This document shows positions 29,690 to 46,379 of a stretch of 64,000 nt of DNA, one piece after another. Every line of letters begins with the position of its first letter. Within the stretch, counting starts at the first letter, position 1. The position numbers and the translations under genes are program-made. Under the pieces are notes generated by a model, which saw nothing but the letters and a program-made list of their open reading frames with translations, had not been told where the DNA came from and did no database searches. This stretch comes from the human T2T-CHM13v2.0 reference genome, Homo sapiens. The stretch is from NCBI RefSeq assembly GCF_009914755.1, contig NC_060927.1. One strand, given 5' to 3'.

Positions 29690-30930
29690 AACACATACAT
29701 GAAAGATAATGGGAGGTGAGTTTCTCATTGCCAGAGATGACATTGCAAGCACGGAACAGGGAAGGCTGGGAAGAAGCCCGAGGTATTGGATTAAAATGGG
29801 AGGTAGTGGTATGAACTCAGGATTATTAAAAACAGATCTATACAGATGGATACTGAAGTAGTACAGATACATGTATACACACGTTTCCACGTACGTTTCC
29901 ACACCTACAAGCAGCGAGCACACCAAACGCTCAGACCTTGGTTTCTAAACACCACTCTCTACTACTAAGAATGAGGGAGGGCTCTTTGAAGAAATCACAG
30001 ATTCCCGGGCTGGAGCAGGGAAAGCACAAGATTAGCCTGCGATCGCGTGTGTTGGAAAGTCAGGAAAAGCTCAAAGAGTGATGGAGACCTGTCAAATAAC
30101 AGACGCCAACTTGAAATGCACATGGGCCAAACCTAGGACAATTTGAGCATTAAAATACATAGTGAGGGTTGCAGACGATAACCCACTGGATTACATGGGA
30201 ATCTGCGAGTCCAGGCTGAGGTAGAGAAGTGAATAAATAAGCAAATCAATGGAGGAGGAGGGACAGCTCTTCTGTGCAGTAGAATGCCAACCAGCAAGTC
30301 CAGAAGGAATGGCGGACACTGGGCATTGCTATCGGGCATTTCCACAGCAGGCACTGAGACAAGCAGGAGCCACCAATGGATGCAAAGGCTGCTGGGCAGA
30401 GATTTGCTGAGGATCAGAAAATTAGTGGAATATCAGACTCTCTTTCCATAAAGTGCTAGTCAAATACAAAGGGGGAAAAGGGGACATGACAGTGGAGAAA
30501 TCTGGCAGATGCTGGTTGAGCAGGCCATCAGGGCTGACATCACCGGTGGTGGGATGGGTCAACACGGTGGAGTCTCTCAGTGCGAGGCACCAAGGGGTGC
30601 CCGGCTCCATTTCTGTGTGCTTCCTCCAGGAAGGCTCAGCCTGAGTCTGGACATGGGTCTGAAGGTCCCAGAGTAACAAGTTCTTTAAGATTGGCAAGGA
30701 CCATGAGATGAGGAGAGACTGAGGATCTACTGCAGACTGGAACAGCTCGATACAGAGGACCTGTGCACAGGATCCTGGACCAGCATCGGGACAGTCGGCA
30801 ACACTGAGAGGGGCCTGCCGCACCCCTGCTGATCGCCGATGGGGAGGGTGCGCAGGGATGACGCAGTGAGTGACCTTGTTTTTGCAAGGTAGACATGGGA
30901 GTATTTAGGGGTGATGGGGCATCATGTCAG
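29690..30930 (+). mobile_element. Old L1 3' region fragments (L1MC/MD-like)
   Basis: cttggtttctaaac, gggctggagcagggaaagcacaaga, gacaatttgagcattaaaata, acagtggagaaatctggcaga, gtatttaggggtgatggggcatcatgtc. Confidence 0.65.
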
Positions 30931-31926
30931 AAAATACATATGGCGGTGGGTGATAGAGCAAATGCAGAAAAATGAGAGCCTCCTGGAAATGTTCCCAAAG
31001 AAGAGGGGATTGAGGAAGAAGGCAGAGGCCTGACAAGGGGCAGGCTCACACAGGATCTTCCCCAGGGTGCCCCAGCCCAGGGCTTCACAAGGGGCATTCT
31101 GCACAGAACCCTTCTGGGATTCTCCCTGGTTTCCCCAAACTCAGGGGACCCCTCAACTGCAGACCTCCATGCTCAATTCCAGCCAGAACCCATGCAAAAT
31201 ACTCAGCAGAAGGGACAACCATTTGCCCCCATCCTCACTCAGCATCCAACGAAAAGCAGGGCCTCCTGCTCCAGCCCAAAGACTTCCATCCTGATGCCTC
31301 TAAGAAGTCTGGGATGGAGGAGGTCAAAGTGAGCTGTGGGTGAGCTGAAGTGGTCTAGAGATAGGGGCCGGGCCAAGAGAGGCAGAGGCCGGGCCAGGCT
31401 AAGCTCTGCACAGGGCTGGGCTGGAATAAAAGGTGTGAGGCAGCCCACAGGAAGACAGGGCTTTCTCCTGCTGAGTGCTCTTGGGCACTCCCTCCTGGCC
31501 CTTCCGAGATGCTCCAGCAGGTAACCTGGCCCACAGGCACCCCTTCCTCCAGGGAGACACAAGGCACAGGGCAGGCAGCCTGGAGAGCCAAGTGCTGGCT
31601 GGAATGCATGCATCATGGTCAACAGTCTTTGCTCCTTCAGTCCATCCCCTCTGGAGAAGTCTTCAACCCAGCTCTGGCTAGGTCAAGCCCTGCTCAGAAA
31701 CCTTTGGTGCCAGTTCCCTACCCTGGCCAGGTTCCTCCCCTACTCCTCCACTCACCTCTTGCCACTCTTCCTTCCCCCGTCCCAGATGCCTTGCTGCCCC
31801 CACCACAAAGGACCTGCCCGCACCTCCCCTCTGTCCCTGCCTGGCAACACACACAGTAAGTGCCCAGCCAGTATTTGCTGACTTCAAAGCATGCCTCCTG
31901 GACCCGTCAGAGTCCCAGCACTGTCA

Positions 31927-32484
<558 letters not shown>

Positions 32485-32689
32485 TCAGACCCTGCTTGCA
32501 CCTGCAGCTCAGGCAGCCATTACTCCTCTCCTGACGCCTTACAACCCCCCATCACTCGGGAGCTCCCCTCTGGTCAGATCAGGGGATGAACTTAGCTTTC
32601 TAAAAGGCAGCATGTACATCCAGATCCTTCTCTGGACAAGACAGGGGCAGTGGGTGCAGTAAAAGGGCACCACGCAGGCCATGCTGACC

Positions 32690-32870
32690 CTGTCTCTGGA
32701 CAACCTTGGGCAAGTGTCTTAATCTCTCTGAACTTTAGTTTGCTTATCTGTACAACAGGATAACAATAGCCACATTTCAAGATGGTAGTAAGGATTAAAG
32801 AGATATTATAAACAAAATGCTTAGCACAGCATCTGACCAACAGTAGGTGCTGCAAACTAGTAGCATTATT
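32690..32870 (+). mobile_element. MIR
   Basis: ccttgggcaagtgtcttaatctctctgaac...aggattaaa...gcttagcacag. Confidence 0.75.
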
Positions 32871-33056
32871 GTCTAATTCTGTTTTTGTTACTAATAGATA
32901 CTCTTAACAAAAGCAGCCATTCCAAATCCTACGTCTTGTGCCTGCCAAGAGCTCAACCCCTGGAAGGCTGCACAGAGGCTCCAGTGACCCCCCGCCCCTT
33001 GCCCAGGCAGCAGCCCTCAATGCAGGGACGGGTCCCACAAGCACTGCAGCCCTCGC

Positions 33057-33131
33057 CTTTGTTCCTTGACTCCAGAGGGAAAGTAGGTACCAGCTTCCAT
33101 TCTCCTGTGTCTGAGGTTCTCACACAGGCTC
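33057..33131 (-). CDS. ADCY5: ADCY5 alternative 75-nt cassette exon (GC donor) between exons 16 and 17
   Basis: cttccccag|G AGC CTG TGT...GAA CAA AG|gcgagg; 75 nt, phase 2-2, no stop; (W)SLCENLRHRRMEAGTYFPSGVKEQ(S). Fits my recollection of a 25-aa-longer ADCY5 isoform (not verified here). Confidence 0.75.
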
Positions 33132-33429
33132 CTGGGGAAGAGCTTGAGGTTAAATGCTTTAACATGAGGCCTATGGGATGATCTGAAGCCGGTGATCCCA
33201 ACCACAGAGACTACAGATCACCTTGGCAGGGATCATGAAAGTGACCAGGGCCTCTGCCCCCCGAGGACGCCTTGCTACCCCAGGAGGAACCAGCCTCCCT
33301 GTCCTGTTGGCCTTCTCCTTCACTACCCACCTTGCCACCAAGGCCCCTCCCACCTGGGCACCAGCTGCCCTCCCTGTCTGCTCTGTGCTGAGGGCAGGGA
33401 GCGACCCTATCCGAGGAGCATCAACTCAC

Positions 33430-33459
33430 CACTGGGAGGTCCCGTTGTTGAAGAAGTCT
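33430..33459 (-). CDS. ADCY5: ADCY5 exon 16, 30-nt microexon
   Basis: tcacag|A GAC TTC TTC AAC AAC GGG ACC TCC CAG TG|gtgagt; DFFNNGTSQ(C); phase 2-2. Confidence 0.93.
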
Positions 33460-33804
33460 CTGTGAAGAGAGTTGGGGAAGACTGGTCAGGGCCACCCTTC
33501 TGCATAAGGCGGCCTCCACTCCTGCTCAGCCCCCACGCCCTGCTCTGCTGTCCCCACCACTGCTGCTCCTTGGCTCCCCAGCCCCATTCACCCTCCATAT
33601 CCAACGACATTTTCAGGGTGGGAGGTGGCAGAAAGCCCAGCCCCAACTAGCATTGGATACTCATGACCACAAACCACCCAGCTCTTACCTGAAACCCTGC
33701 CTTCCCAGACCCCAGCATATCTACCTGGGTGGAGGCCTGCCCGCCTCTCCCCCTCCCAGGCCTTTGCTGCCATCCAGAGGGCGTGGAGGAGAGATCCCAC
33801 AGCT

Positions 33805-34372
<568 letters not shown>

Positions 34373-34959
34373 TTGCCCTAGAGCCAAACCATGGTCTCCC
34401 AATCCAGAAATAACCTTCACTGTCTGTTGCCAACTTCAGCGCCTGAAGAGGAGATGCTGAGGATGGGAAGGAGCAGTAAGAGGAGGGCAACATTCCCTGC
34501 TCCAGCCCTGAACCAAGAGTAGAAAAGTTCCTGGACCTCCTGTTCCTTCTCAAAGGATGGCAGCTTGTCCCATGCTCCACTGTCCCATCTCTTTGTGGTC
34601 ATCTGCCCATAGCCCCCACACAACCACCAAGAAGTTCTTCCTTGAATATGACTTAAACCCTTCATTACACCTCCACTTTCTCAGGCGACACCACCTTCCC
34701 AAGAGAGGAACATTCCTGAGAGTTTTCTATTTATCCACATTGTACCTCCACTGCCTAGCTCAGTGGCTGGCACATAGCAGGCCCTTCATATTTTTGAATG
34801 AATGAATGGGTGAACAAATGGATGGATGGATGAATCCCTTCCTCTCACTCAAAGAAGGTACAGTTTGCTGCATTTTCTCAGGGGACACAAAACTGTCACT
34901 TTTTTTTTTTTTTTTTTTTTTGCACTTCTTGGTGTGTGTATAGGGAGTGGTGATGCGTA

Positions 34960-35459
34960 GAAAAGCATATTACGAATCAGGCACTTTCAATACATCTTAC
35001 TACTATGGGCGTTGATAATCTACAGTTCACATTTGCCAGGCTTCCAAATTAACCTGCTTCAGGGAGGTCTTGTGATTTACGGCAATATCCTGCCCGAGTG
35101 AAGAATCTTATCTGAGCTCCTCAAATTGCTGATGTACTGATTAACGCATAATCTATTGACATGAAAAAATGCTGATTCATTTCTGAATCATGAAGTTGTA
35201 CCGATTGCTGGCATGTAGACATTTTAGTCTGTATGTTGCAATCTGTAGCCAATTATTGTAACCCTCCAATGACAAAGGACAACTCTGATCTGAGGAGTCC
35301 CCTTCCCTTCTACTTTCTTATGAAAGCATTCCCACTTGTAACAGCTTCTGGAACATGCCTAACTTGGTGCGTGTGTCTTCCTGGCCGATCCTCACATCCA
35401 GCTTCCAACAAAACTTGATCAAATTATTTCTGCCTCAATCACCTTAGTTTGGGTTGACA
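34960..35459 (+). mobile_element. Probable solo LTR (ERV1-like; family uncertain)
   Basis: LTR-style 3' end ...tgtgtcttcctggccgatcctcaca...aaacttgatcaaattatttctgcctc...gttgaca. Confidence 0.5.
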
Positions 35460-35869
35460 ATATTCCCATTTTACAAAGAAAAAATTATGAGGTTCAGAGG
35501 AATAATCAATGTGTCTGAGGCTGAGATTCTAACCCAATTTCACCCAAAGCCTAAGGTCTTTCCCCTCATGGAGCCACCTCCCTTGGAAATCTTACATCTG
35601 TCACTACATGACCATGCTGACTGTGGGACCAGACAGCCATAGGCCCCACCTTCACACCTACCACCTCTAGGACGTGGGACCTAACCTCTGCCACCACAGC
35701 CAGGAGCCTTTGAGTAGTGCACAGATGCCCAGCCTTATGTGGTGGGCCTGCCTACTTGGCTGAGTTGCTGCAGGAGGAAGAGGAACAGCGGATATCCAGG
35801 CACCTGCGTCGAGGTGGGACACAGACCCTGTGAACAACAAAGCTTGTCCCTCTGCTCCCACACTCCTTA

Positions 35870-36595
<726 letters not shown>

Positions 36596-38729
36596 TTACA
36601 GCTGCGCTGCAGGCCCAGGCTGCCCTGGGTTTCAGGCCTGATCCACACTGGGCTTTGTGTGCCTCGGGCTGCGTGCTCAGCCCCTCTGAGCCTCAGTGTC
36701 CCCTCTGCAAGGCTTCCTATCTCATGGCTCGCTGTGATGAACACACGGAAGGAAGCCCTGGCTGCAGTGTCCAGCACCCTCAATAACCGTGGGGAGCCCC
36801 TAATCTGCAGCTTTGAACTCCAAAGCTCCAAAAGCAGAATGTGTTTTCATGACTCCTGTAGGGGGCCACGCCTGAACGGAGCTGCTCTGGTGGCAAAAGC
36901 TGACCTCACTTCTGGGACGCTAGTTATCATCTTTATCCTGTCCCCTGTGACATGCAGACATGCTACTACTGTGGAAATATGACCATTTCACGATCAGACT
37001 CCACTGGGGGTGGGAGGCAACCTTTTAAAATCTGAAAAATTCTGAAGACCAAAATATATGGGGCTCCAAAGGTTTCAGAGGAGGGATCGTGCCCTGTGCT
37101 GTTCCCTCTGGGGAAGCCCCTTCTGGTCTCTGAGCCTCCGTTTCCTTCTTAGACAACTGAGGGGCTAAACCAGGTAATCTCGGAGGTCCCCATCTGCTGC
37201 TGTCCCTTGATGCAGATGACGTCCCTAGGCACGTCAGCATCAATTATTATGATTATTATTATTACTATTTTAATTTAGCACCGTTGTTTCTGAGTCAGGC
37301 TTCCAGATGTTTACTCTTCGCACACGGCTTCTGCCCTGGGCTGGGGCAGCCCCTAGGGCAGACCCTCAGCCTCCTCAGGCCTTCTGGAGCCAAGGAAGGA
37401 CTGCCAAGGGCCCCTGGGTGATTGGATTGTGGGGGGAAGCCTCACATCACCACTGGGAACAGGAGCAGAAGAGGGAATGAGAAGGGCATGCCCAGATGAG
37501 TCAGCTCAGAGCCCCAGAGCCTCAGTCTTTGGGAGGAGGGATGGGAGCTCCAAAAGCCAGCTTGGATTCCCATTCAGACCTTGGCCCAGATAACCAGGAG
37601 GCCAACACTGGATGCTGGGGACCCCCCAGGGTCTGGTCTGTGAGGAGTTGCTGAATCAGGAGCAACCTTTGAGGGAGGTGGTCAGCTGGTGGGGGCTGAA
37701 GGCTGGCACCAAGCCTCTCCCACAAATGAGGAGCCAGGACCTGCCCACTGCCACCCTCTCCCCCCAGGCCTTAGCCTCACCAGGGGAGCCACCACCAAGG
37801 GGCAAGTACGAGACTGAAAATAGCCTCTGCTCCTCATAAACAGCCCTCAGAAAGCTGAAGAGCTCCTGTGGGCTCTCAGCCAGATATGAGAGGCAGCAGA
37901 GGCTAGGGAGGCTGGGGAGGGGAGGCTAGGAAGGGGAGGCTGGGTGCAGCATGGCTGCCTGGAGGAGACAGAGCTTGCCACCAGCCCAGGGGTGGGGCGG
38001 AGCGGGGGTGGGGCTGCACCTGCCTAGGTGAGCTGGGGCCAAGCCCTGCTCCTCCCTGGGCCTTCCCTGCCCTGTCTGTACATCTGAGAGCCAGATCCCA
38101 GGCTGGGTGGGGGGCCCACACTGACAGCCCACAGCACCCCTCAGCTGCAGTCACAGGCCCTTTGGGAGTTGGATGAAAACATAGACCTTCTCCCCAGAAA
38201 AAGGCAAACTGCCCCCATCTTACAGGCTTCATGTGTGCACCCATAGGGAGCTGGGGGTTTGGGAAGTTGGGGGCTGGAAGCTCAGCCCAGCTGCTGACAG
38301 CGAACTGCTTCCTGGCAAACGCAGTACCATGAACGAAGCAACTTGCACGCCACAGGTGCTTCATATATGCTGTTTTCTGAATAAGGATACGTGGTATTAT
38401 TTTTAAACCCAAATGCCTGTAGGCACAAAATTTCTTTTTGGGGTGATGAAAGTATTCTAAAATTAGATGATGATGATGGCTGTACACATCGGTGAACACA
38501 CTAAAAGCTACTGAACCGTGCACTTCGAACGGGTGAGGTTTATAGTAGTGCTGGTTTGGGACTGGGTTCCTTTGCTCCCCTCCCTCCTCTCTAACAGCTG
38601 GGGCTTAGGTGGGTTCTCCTGAGGTGGGGTAGGGTCTGCTACAGAAGCTGAGGGTCTATAAAGTTTTGCCCTCAGATCAGGAGCACGAACTCTGTCTGGA
38701 GCTGGACAACTTGAATGAGAGCTCCAGCT

Positions 38730-38910
38730 CTGTTGAGTCCTGGCTGTGTGATCTGGGGCAAATTACTTAGCCTCTCTGTGTATCAGGTTCTTCGTCTCTA
38801 CAAAGGAGATAATATAATACCTATGTCATAGGCTGTTGGGAGGATTTAATGAGTAAGTGCAGGTAGAGCTCTCAGCCACAGTCCCTGGTAAGCACTATAG
38901 AAACAACAGC
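38730..38910 (+). mobile_element. MIR
   Basis: ggctgtgtgatctggggcaaattacttagcctctctgtg...ggctgttgggaggatttaatgag. Confidence 0.75.
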
Positions 38911-38922
38911 TACACCGCTTTA

Positions 38923-39591
<669 letters not shown>

Positions 39592-39604
39592 TTAGTGGGA
39601 GAGT

Positions 39605-40438
<834 letters not shown>

Positions 40439-41324
40439 TCAACGGCAGGGCAGATTCTGCAGCTGACCAGGAGCGGGACTACGTGGGGAACCCAGGTGAG
40501 AGAGGCAGGAAGACAGGAAAGATGGTATCTTGACCCAACAGAGAAATCAATAAAAAGCACATTGACCCGCTGTGTGCCATCAGGGAGGGGCGGTGGGTGG
40601 CAGCTGAGGAGTCGTGGAGGGCTCAGAATGTTCCCAGGAGGGTTGAGAAGGCTTCTGGGAGGGAGTGGGCAGCGGTGAGTTTAAGGATTTGGAGAGGACT
40701 AGGCCTCTGGGCTCGGGAGGAGGGACTGACCAGCGAGGAGCAGGAAGGAGGTGGGTGTGGCCCTGAGCACTGAGTGAGCTCTATCCTTAGCACCAAGCTC
40801 CAAGGACCTGCCATTTCCCTCATTCTCTCCTACGCTGTATTCTTCCACCAGACAAACCATGTCTACTCAAAGACCCCCTGCAGCTTTGGTAATTAAATGA
40901 TTGGGCTCCTAAGTCCCATTTCTGCCACCAAATCTGATGCAGCTGGCCTTGTAAATCATGTCCCCCTCATCTCCCATGCAACCTAGGCTGAAAAAGAATC
41001 TGATGGACAGAGAAGCCAAGCAGAGGATCCAGGATGCCCTACCCCTACCTGCCCCCAACACTTCCTGCTGAGGCCTATCTGCTACAGACAAGCTAGGTGT
41101 CTATAAAACCCCCCAAGGGCAGACAGGGTGGTTGAAAAAGCACTGAGCCAGGAGTTGGGAAGCCTGGGCTTGGCTTGGCTTTTCCTGTGTGTTCCTGAGC
41201 AAGCCGCATCCCATCTCTGAAGTCTCCTATTTGTACGGCTCTTGGGACCTTTGGGCACCCCCAGCTTTTGTGGTGAGTGAAGCAGGCAAAGGTCTCTACC
41301 CCAATCATGGGCTGTGAGCATCCC

Positions 41325-41769
41325 TGCAAATTCTTGCTTAAACTGCCAGACCACAAGGCTTCTCCATCCCGATACTGACAGCATCTGCAGTTGGCCACAC
41401 TGACAGACAGCTAAGTAGGTCATGGGGCCATAGCATGACCACCATGTGACCACTTACTCCCAGTGGGGAGGGGAACTGGCTTGTGTGCTACAGTATTTGC
41501 TGCCAACTCAAAAAAGTGTCGGGCCCTTGGTCCAGTGTTCTTCAGCTGCAACCCAAACCCACTACATGTACAGCATCCATGAGGGCCCATCACATGGGAC
41601 CTCAGTGGCAAAGGGACTTCAAACACAAATATGCTGACACTCATGCTGCTGTCTGTAACATGAGTAATAAAGTTTTTGTCTCTGACCCAGGAGTCTTGTG
41701 TCTCTGCCAGCCTCTATGAAACAGCAACAAGCAAACTCATTAGCTTGTAAGTAGACAGAGTTCTTGACA
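41325..41769 (+). mobile_element. Solo LTR, ERVL-like (family uncertain)
   Basis: gtaataaagtttttgtctctgacccaggagtcttgtgtctctgccagc...ttagcttgtaagtag...ttcttgaca. Confidence 0.6.
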
Positions 41770-41967
41770 AAAAGTCAGGCCCCTGCTCACCCCTGGGTCT
41801 TGGGCTTGGGGCTGGCTGTGTGCATAGGGAGGGTGTATATCTTTCTGACCCCAGAATCCTCCTCCACCCTTCCAGCAAAGCCATTTCCTATCAGCACAGG
41901 GAAAGAGGGGACCACAAAGATGGATAGATCACAGGAAGAGCTGCTGCCATGGCAGAGGCCTGGCAGT

Positions 41968-42031
41968 GCTCCGCCTCCCAGGTTCATGCCATTCTCCTGT
42001 CTCAGCCTCTAGAGTAGCTGGGACTACAGGC
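41968..42031 (-). mobile_element. Isolated 64-bp internal AluY fragment
   Basis: gctccgcctcccaggttcatgccattctcctgtctcagcctctagagtagctgggactacaggc; no tail, no obvious target duplication. Confidence 0.92.
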
Positions 42032-42299
42032 TGAAAGATGAAGGCCTGGGACTCCATCTCCCCAGCAGGAGAGCCTCCCAGGTATGCTCCTATACCATCA
42101 AGCCTGTGGCACATGTTCTGAACAAACACTGGGATAATAAAGGAGACCCTCTGGGATAATAAAAAGAGACCCTCTGACCAAACCCTCTTATGTGGTAGAA
42201 GGAAAGGTGTGATCTGGAGAGCATAAGCTTGTATTAAAATCCTGCTTAATAGACATAAAAATAAATCAAATACATTGAGGGTCCAGAAACAAACCTTTC

Positions 42300-43345
42300 C
42301 ATTTATGGCCCAATGATTTTGACAAGCGTTCCAAGACAATGGTGAAAGGACAGTCTTTTCAACAAATTGTGCTGGGACACACAGATATCCACATGCAAAA
42401 AATGAAGTTGGGTCCCTACTGCACCCTGTACAAAAATGAACTCAAAATGGACCAGAAAACTTAAATGTAAAAGCCAAAACTACAGAACTCTTATGGGAAA
42501 ACATACAAGTAGACCTTTGTGACTTTGGATCAGGCAATGGTTTCTTAGAGGTGACACCAAAAGCACCAATCAAAAAAGAAAAAAACAGATAAATTGGACT
42601 TTATCAAAATTAATTATTTTTGTCCATCAACTAACACCATCAGGAAAGTTTTAAAAAAGTATTGGTGAGGATGCAGAGAAACTGGAATCCTTGTGCGTTG
42701 CTGGTGGGAATGTAAAATGGGGCAGCCACTGGGGAAAACAATAGGGTAGCTCCTCAAAAAATCAAGCATAGAATTATCATATGATCCAGTAATTCCACTT
42801 CTGGGTATATCCCCCAAAGAATCTGAAACAGGGACTTGCACAGATAATTTGTACGCCCATGTTCACAGCTGTATTCTTCCTAATAGCCTGAAAGTGGAAA
42901 CAATTTAATTGTCCATCAATTGATGAATGAATAAACAAAATGTGATATATCCATACACTGGAATATTTTTCAGGCATAAAGAGAGTAAAGTGCTGTTACA
43001 TGCTACATGGATGAACCTTGAAACTAATATTTTAAGTGCATGAAACCAGTCTCAAAAGGCCATGTGAGATTCCCTTTATGTGAGATGTCCAGAACATGTG
43101 AATCACAGAGACAAAGTAGATGAGTGGTTGCTGGGGGCTGTGGTGATCAGGGCAGGGGGAGTGACTGCTAATGGGTCTGGGGGTTTCTTCTGGGGATGAC
43201 AACAATGTTCTGGAATTAGCACCAATAGTTGAATAACTTTGTGAATATACTAAAAACTAGTGTATTAAAAGTTCATTCACCTTTATAAAGGTGAATTTTA
43301 TGGTATGCATATTATGTCGCAATGAAGCTCTTATTTTTAAAAATC
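42300..43345 (+). mobile_element. L1 (L1MB-like) ORF2 end and 3' UTR
   Basis: acagtcttttcaacaaattgtgctggga, gctggtgggaatgtaaaatgg, ccatcaattgatgaatgaataaacaaaatgtg. Confidence 0.88.
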
Positions 43346-44021
43346 TTGCTCAGCCTCTTATTGGCTGTGTGATCCTGGGGCGTTACTCTACACTCTGAGC
43401 TTCCGTCTCGTTATTGGGAAATTGGGAATAGCTCTCACCCAGAGTGGCTATCAAGACTTAGTAAAGTGATGCATTTGAAAGTGCTCTGTAAGCTGTTAAA
43501 CGCAACAGAAAAGTTAGTTAATATCTGCATTTTAAAGAGCTATATTGCCAATAAGAATGAAAGTCCTTACTTCCCATTTAAAGGAATTTTTGGTTTCACA
43601 GCTGGGGAAGTGTTTTGGCACTAGCATGAGGATCTTAGTCTGAAATGGTATGACAGATGGTTTCAAATCGTTGGCTGCTGAAAATTTTGTCATTCTATCT
43701 CCATCCCCTTCCCTCACCCCCACCCCAACTCCTATTTGCCCTATGTTGTTTAAACTGTTCAGTTCTGATCACCCCATCCACTGATTGAGAGGCTTCTTTC
43801 ATCATTTTGCAATCACCAATGTAATGACTGATAGAGGCAAAGGTTACTAATACGTGCTAAAACTTTCTTAATAAAAGGTGGTTGGGGAATAGAGTATGCA
43901 CATTAGCTTCCTGGTGAATATGGGACCAGGAGCCCCACAAGGACCATCCAGAGGCGAGGAGAAGAACTGCAGGCTTAAAAAAAAATCAGTGTTAGATGTG
44001 GCTCTACCATCTAATGAATGA

Positions 44022-44401
<380 letters not shown>

Positions 44402-44576
44402 ACACTCTACACTCTTTAAAAAGACTTTCTCTTGACTTTAAAACCTCAGTAGGAACTCAGGAATTACTGTTCTTTTGAAGTCTCCAGAAGATTTGACATC
44501 CTGTCTTGATATCAGTTTAAAGAGTGTCTCATCTCCTATAATTAGAGAGTTCATCTGTATGTCAGCCCTAAATCTA

Positions 44577-44970
<394 letters not shown>

Positions 44971-46175
44971 CTACACCACAACTGCAGTCAGATCGTGGAG
45001 AGGATTTTCCAGCAGGATAACTGCCTGCACCAGCCAATCACTTAATGCTTGCTCGCAATCAGAGCCCAGAAAAAGAACTGTCTTCAAAAAATAAGTTCAG
45101 AACTAGTACATTCCTAATCTGATTAATTCAAATCAATTCAACATGAAAAACAGGAGTGGGAACATAGTTAATAAACCATGATTGGGGTAAGGAACAGTTT
45201 GATCCTGGCCTCTTTGAGTGTCTCCAGGTACATCGAAGACCTCCCCGGGCCCCTGTCTGTGATGCGGGGCCAGGGTATTGCAAAGATAAAAGGAGGGGAT
45301 GAAATTGGATGGCAAAACAGTTTAAGAATACAGCCTCTTTGACAAGGAGCTAATAAAAGATGCAGTAGCTCCTACTTCAGAAAAAGAAAAAAAGGTAAGA
45401 AAACCACAGAGGTCAAACCTGGCAGGCAGAAGGGGTCCCCACGCCAGTGCTCTCATCACTTGGCCTTTCAGGAGTCAACTGGATATATTAGCACAGGCAG
45501 TGTCCTGGAGGGGAGGCTCATGGGCTCTGAAGTAAAAACCACCTGGGTTTAAATCCTAGCAGTAACCACTTCCTAACTCCAGGATCTAGAAAAAGCTGTC
45601 TAACCTCTCTGGGCCTCAGTTTCCTCATCTGCAAAGCAGACTCAATAAAAGCTACCTTTGAGGCTCAGGAAACACAGTTCCAAGTAGCATAGCTTGGATG
45701 TGCATCCTGGACTGTCCTGACTTGAAAAACACAGGGAGAACCTACAATATGCCTCCTGGAACGAAGACCTCTCCATCTCCTAAATGAATGACGTGTATGA
45801 TGAGATGTGAATGGTGACAGGAATGTGTCCCCTGAGCATGCAGGGGGAAAGGTAAACATGGGAATCCTAAAATCTTCACAGGATGGAAGACACCTAGGAG
45901 GGGAGGGGTACTGGTTGCACAGTTAGACCCTATTTTAGAAACTGTGGACCAGCAGTTGAGTTGGAGTGGTAGAAAGGAGAACCAGCAAGGTGGGTTTAGC
46001 TACACGCAGGCTGCAGGGAGAGGAGGAGAGGCTCTGTCAGTGACTGCAGAGCAGACAGGGCCCACAGGAGGCTCTGGTCACAGATCCCAGGTGTTCATAC
46101 AATCAGGTCCAGGGGATGAGTACCATGTAGACCAAAAGAAAAGCAAGCCATCAGGCTGGGGGATAAGAGAGAGAG

Positions 46176-46180
<5 letters not shown>

Positions 46181-46228
<48 letters not shown>
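46181..46228. repeat. (CA)24 microsatellite
   Basis: Read directly. Confidence 0.98.
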
Positions 46229-46229
<1 letters not shown>

Positions 46230-46379
46230 CTACGCAGCTGAGTTCCCCCACAGGGCCTATCTGTACCTAAGTCCCAAACTGCTGGGAAGGAGTTTGGCCT
46301 TCTAATGAGCCACAGTAAGGGCTGAGGCACCTAGATCAGGCGGTGGGGAAAGGGGAGTCACCATTTGGGCGGTGGCGGC

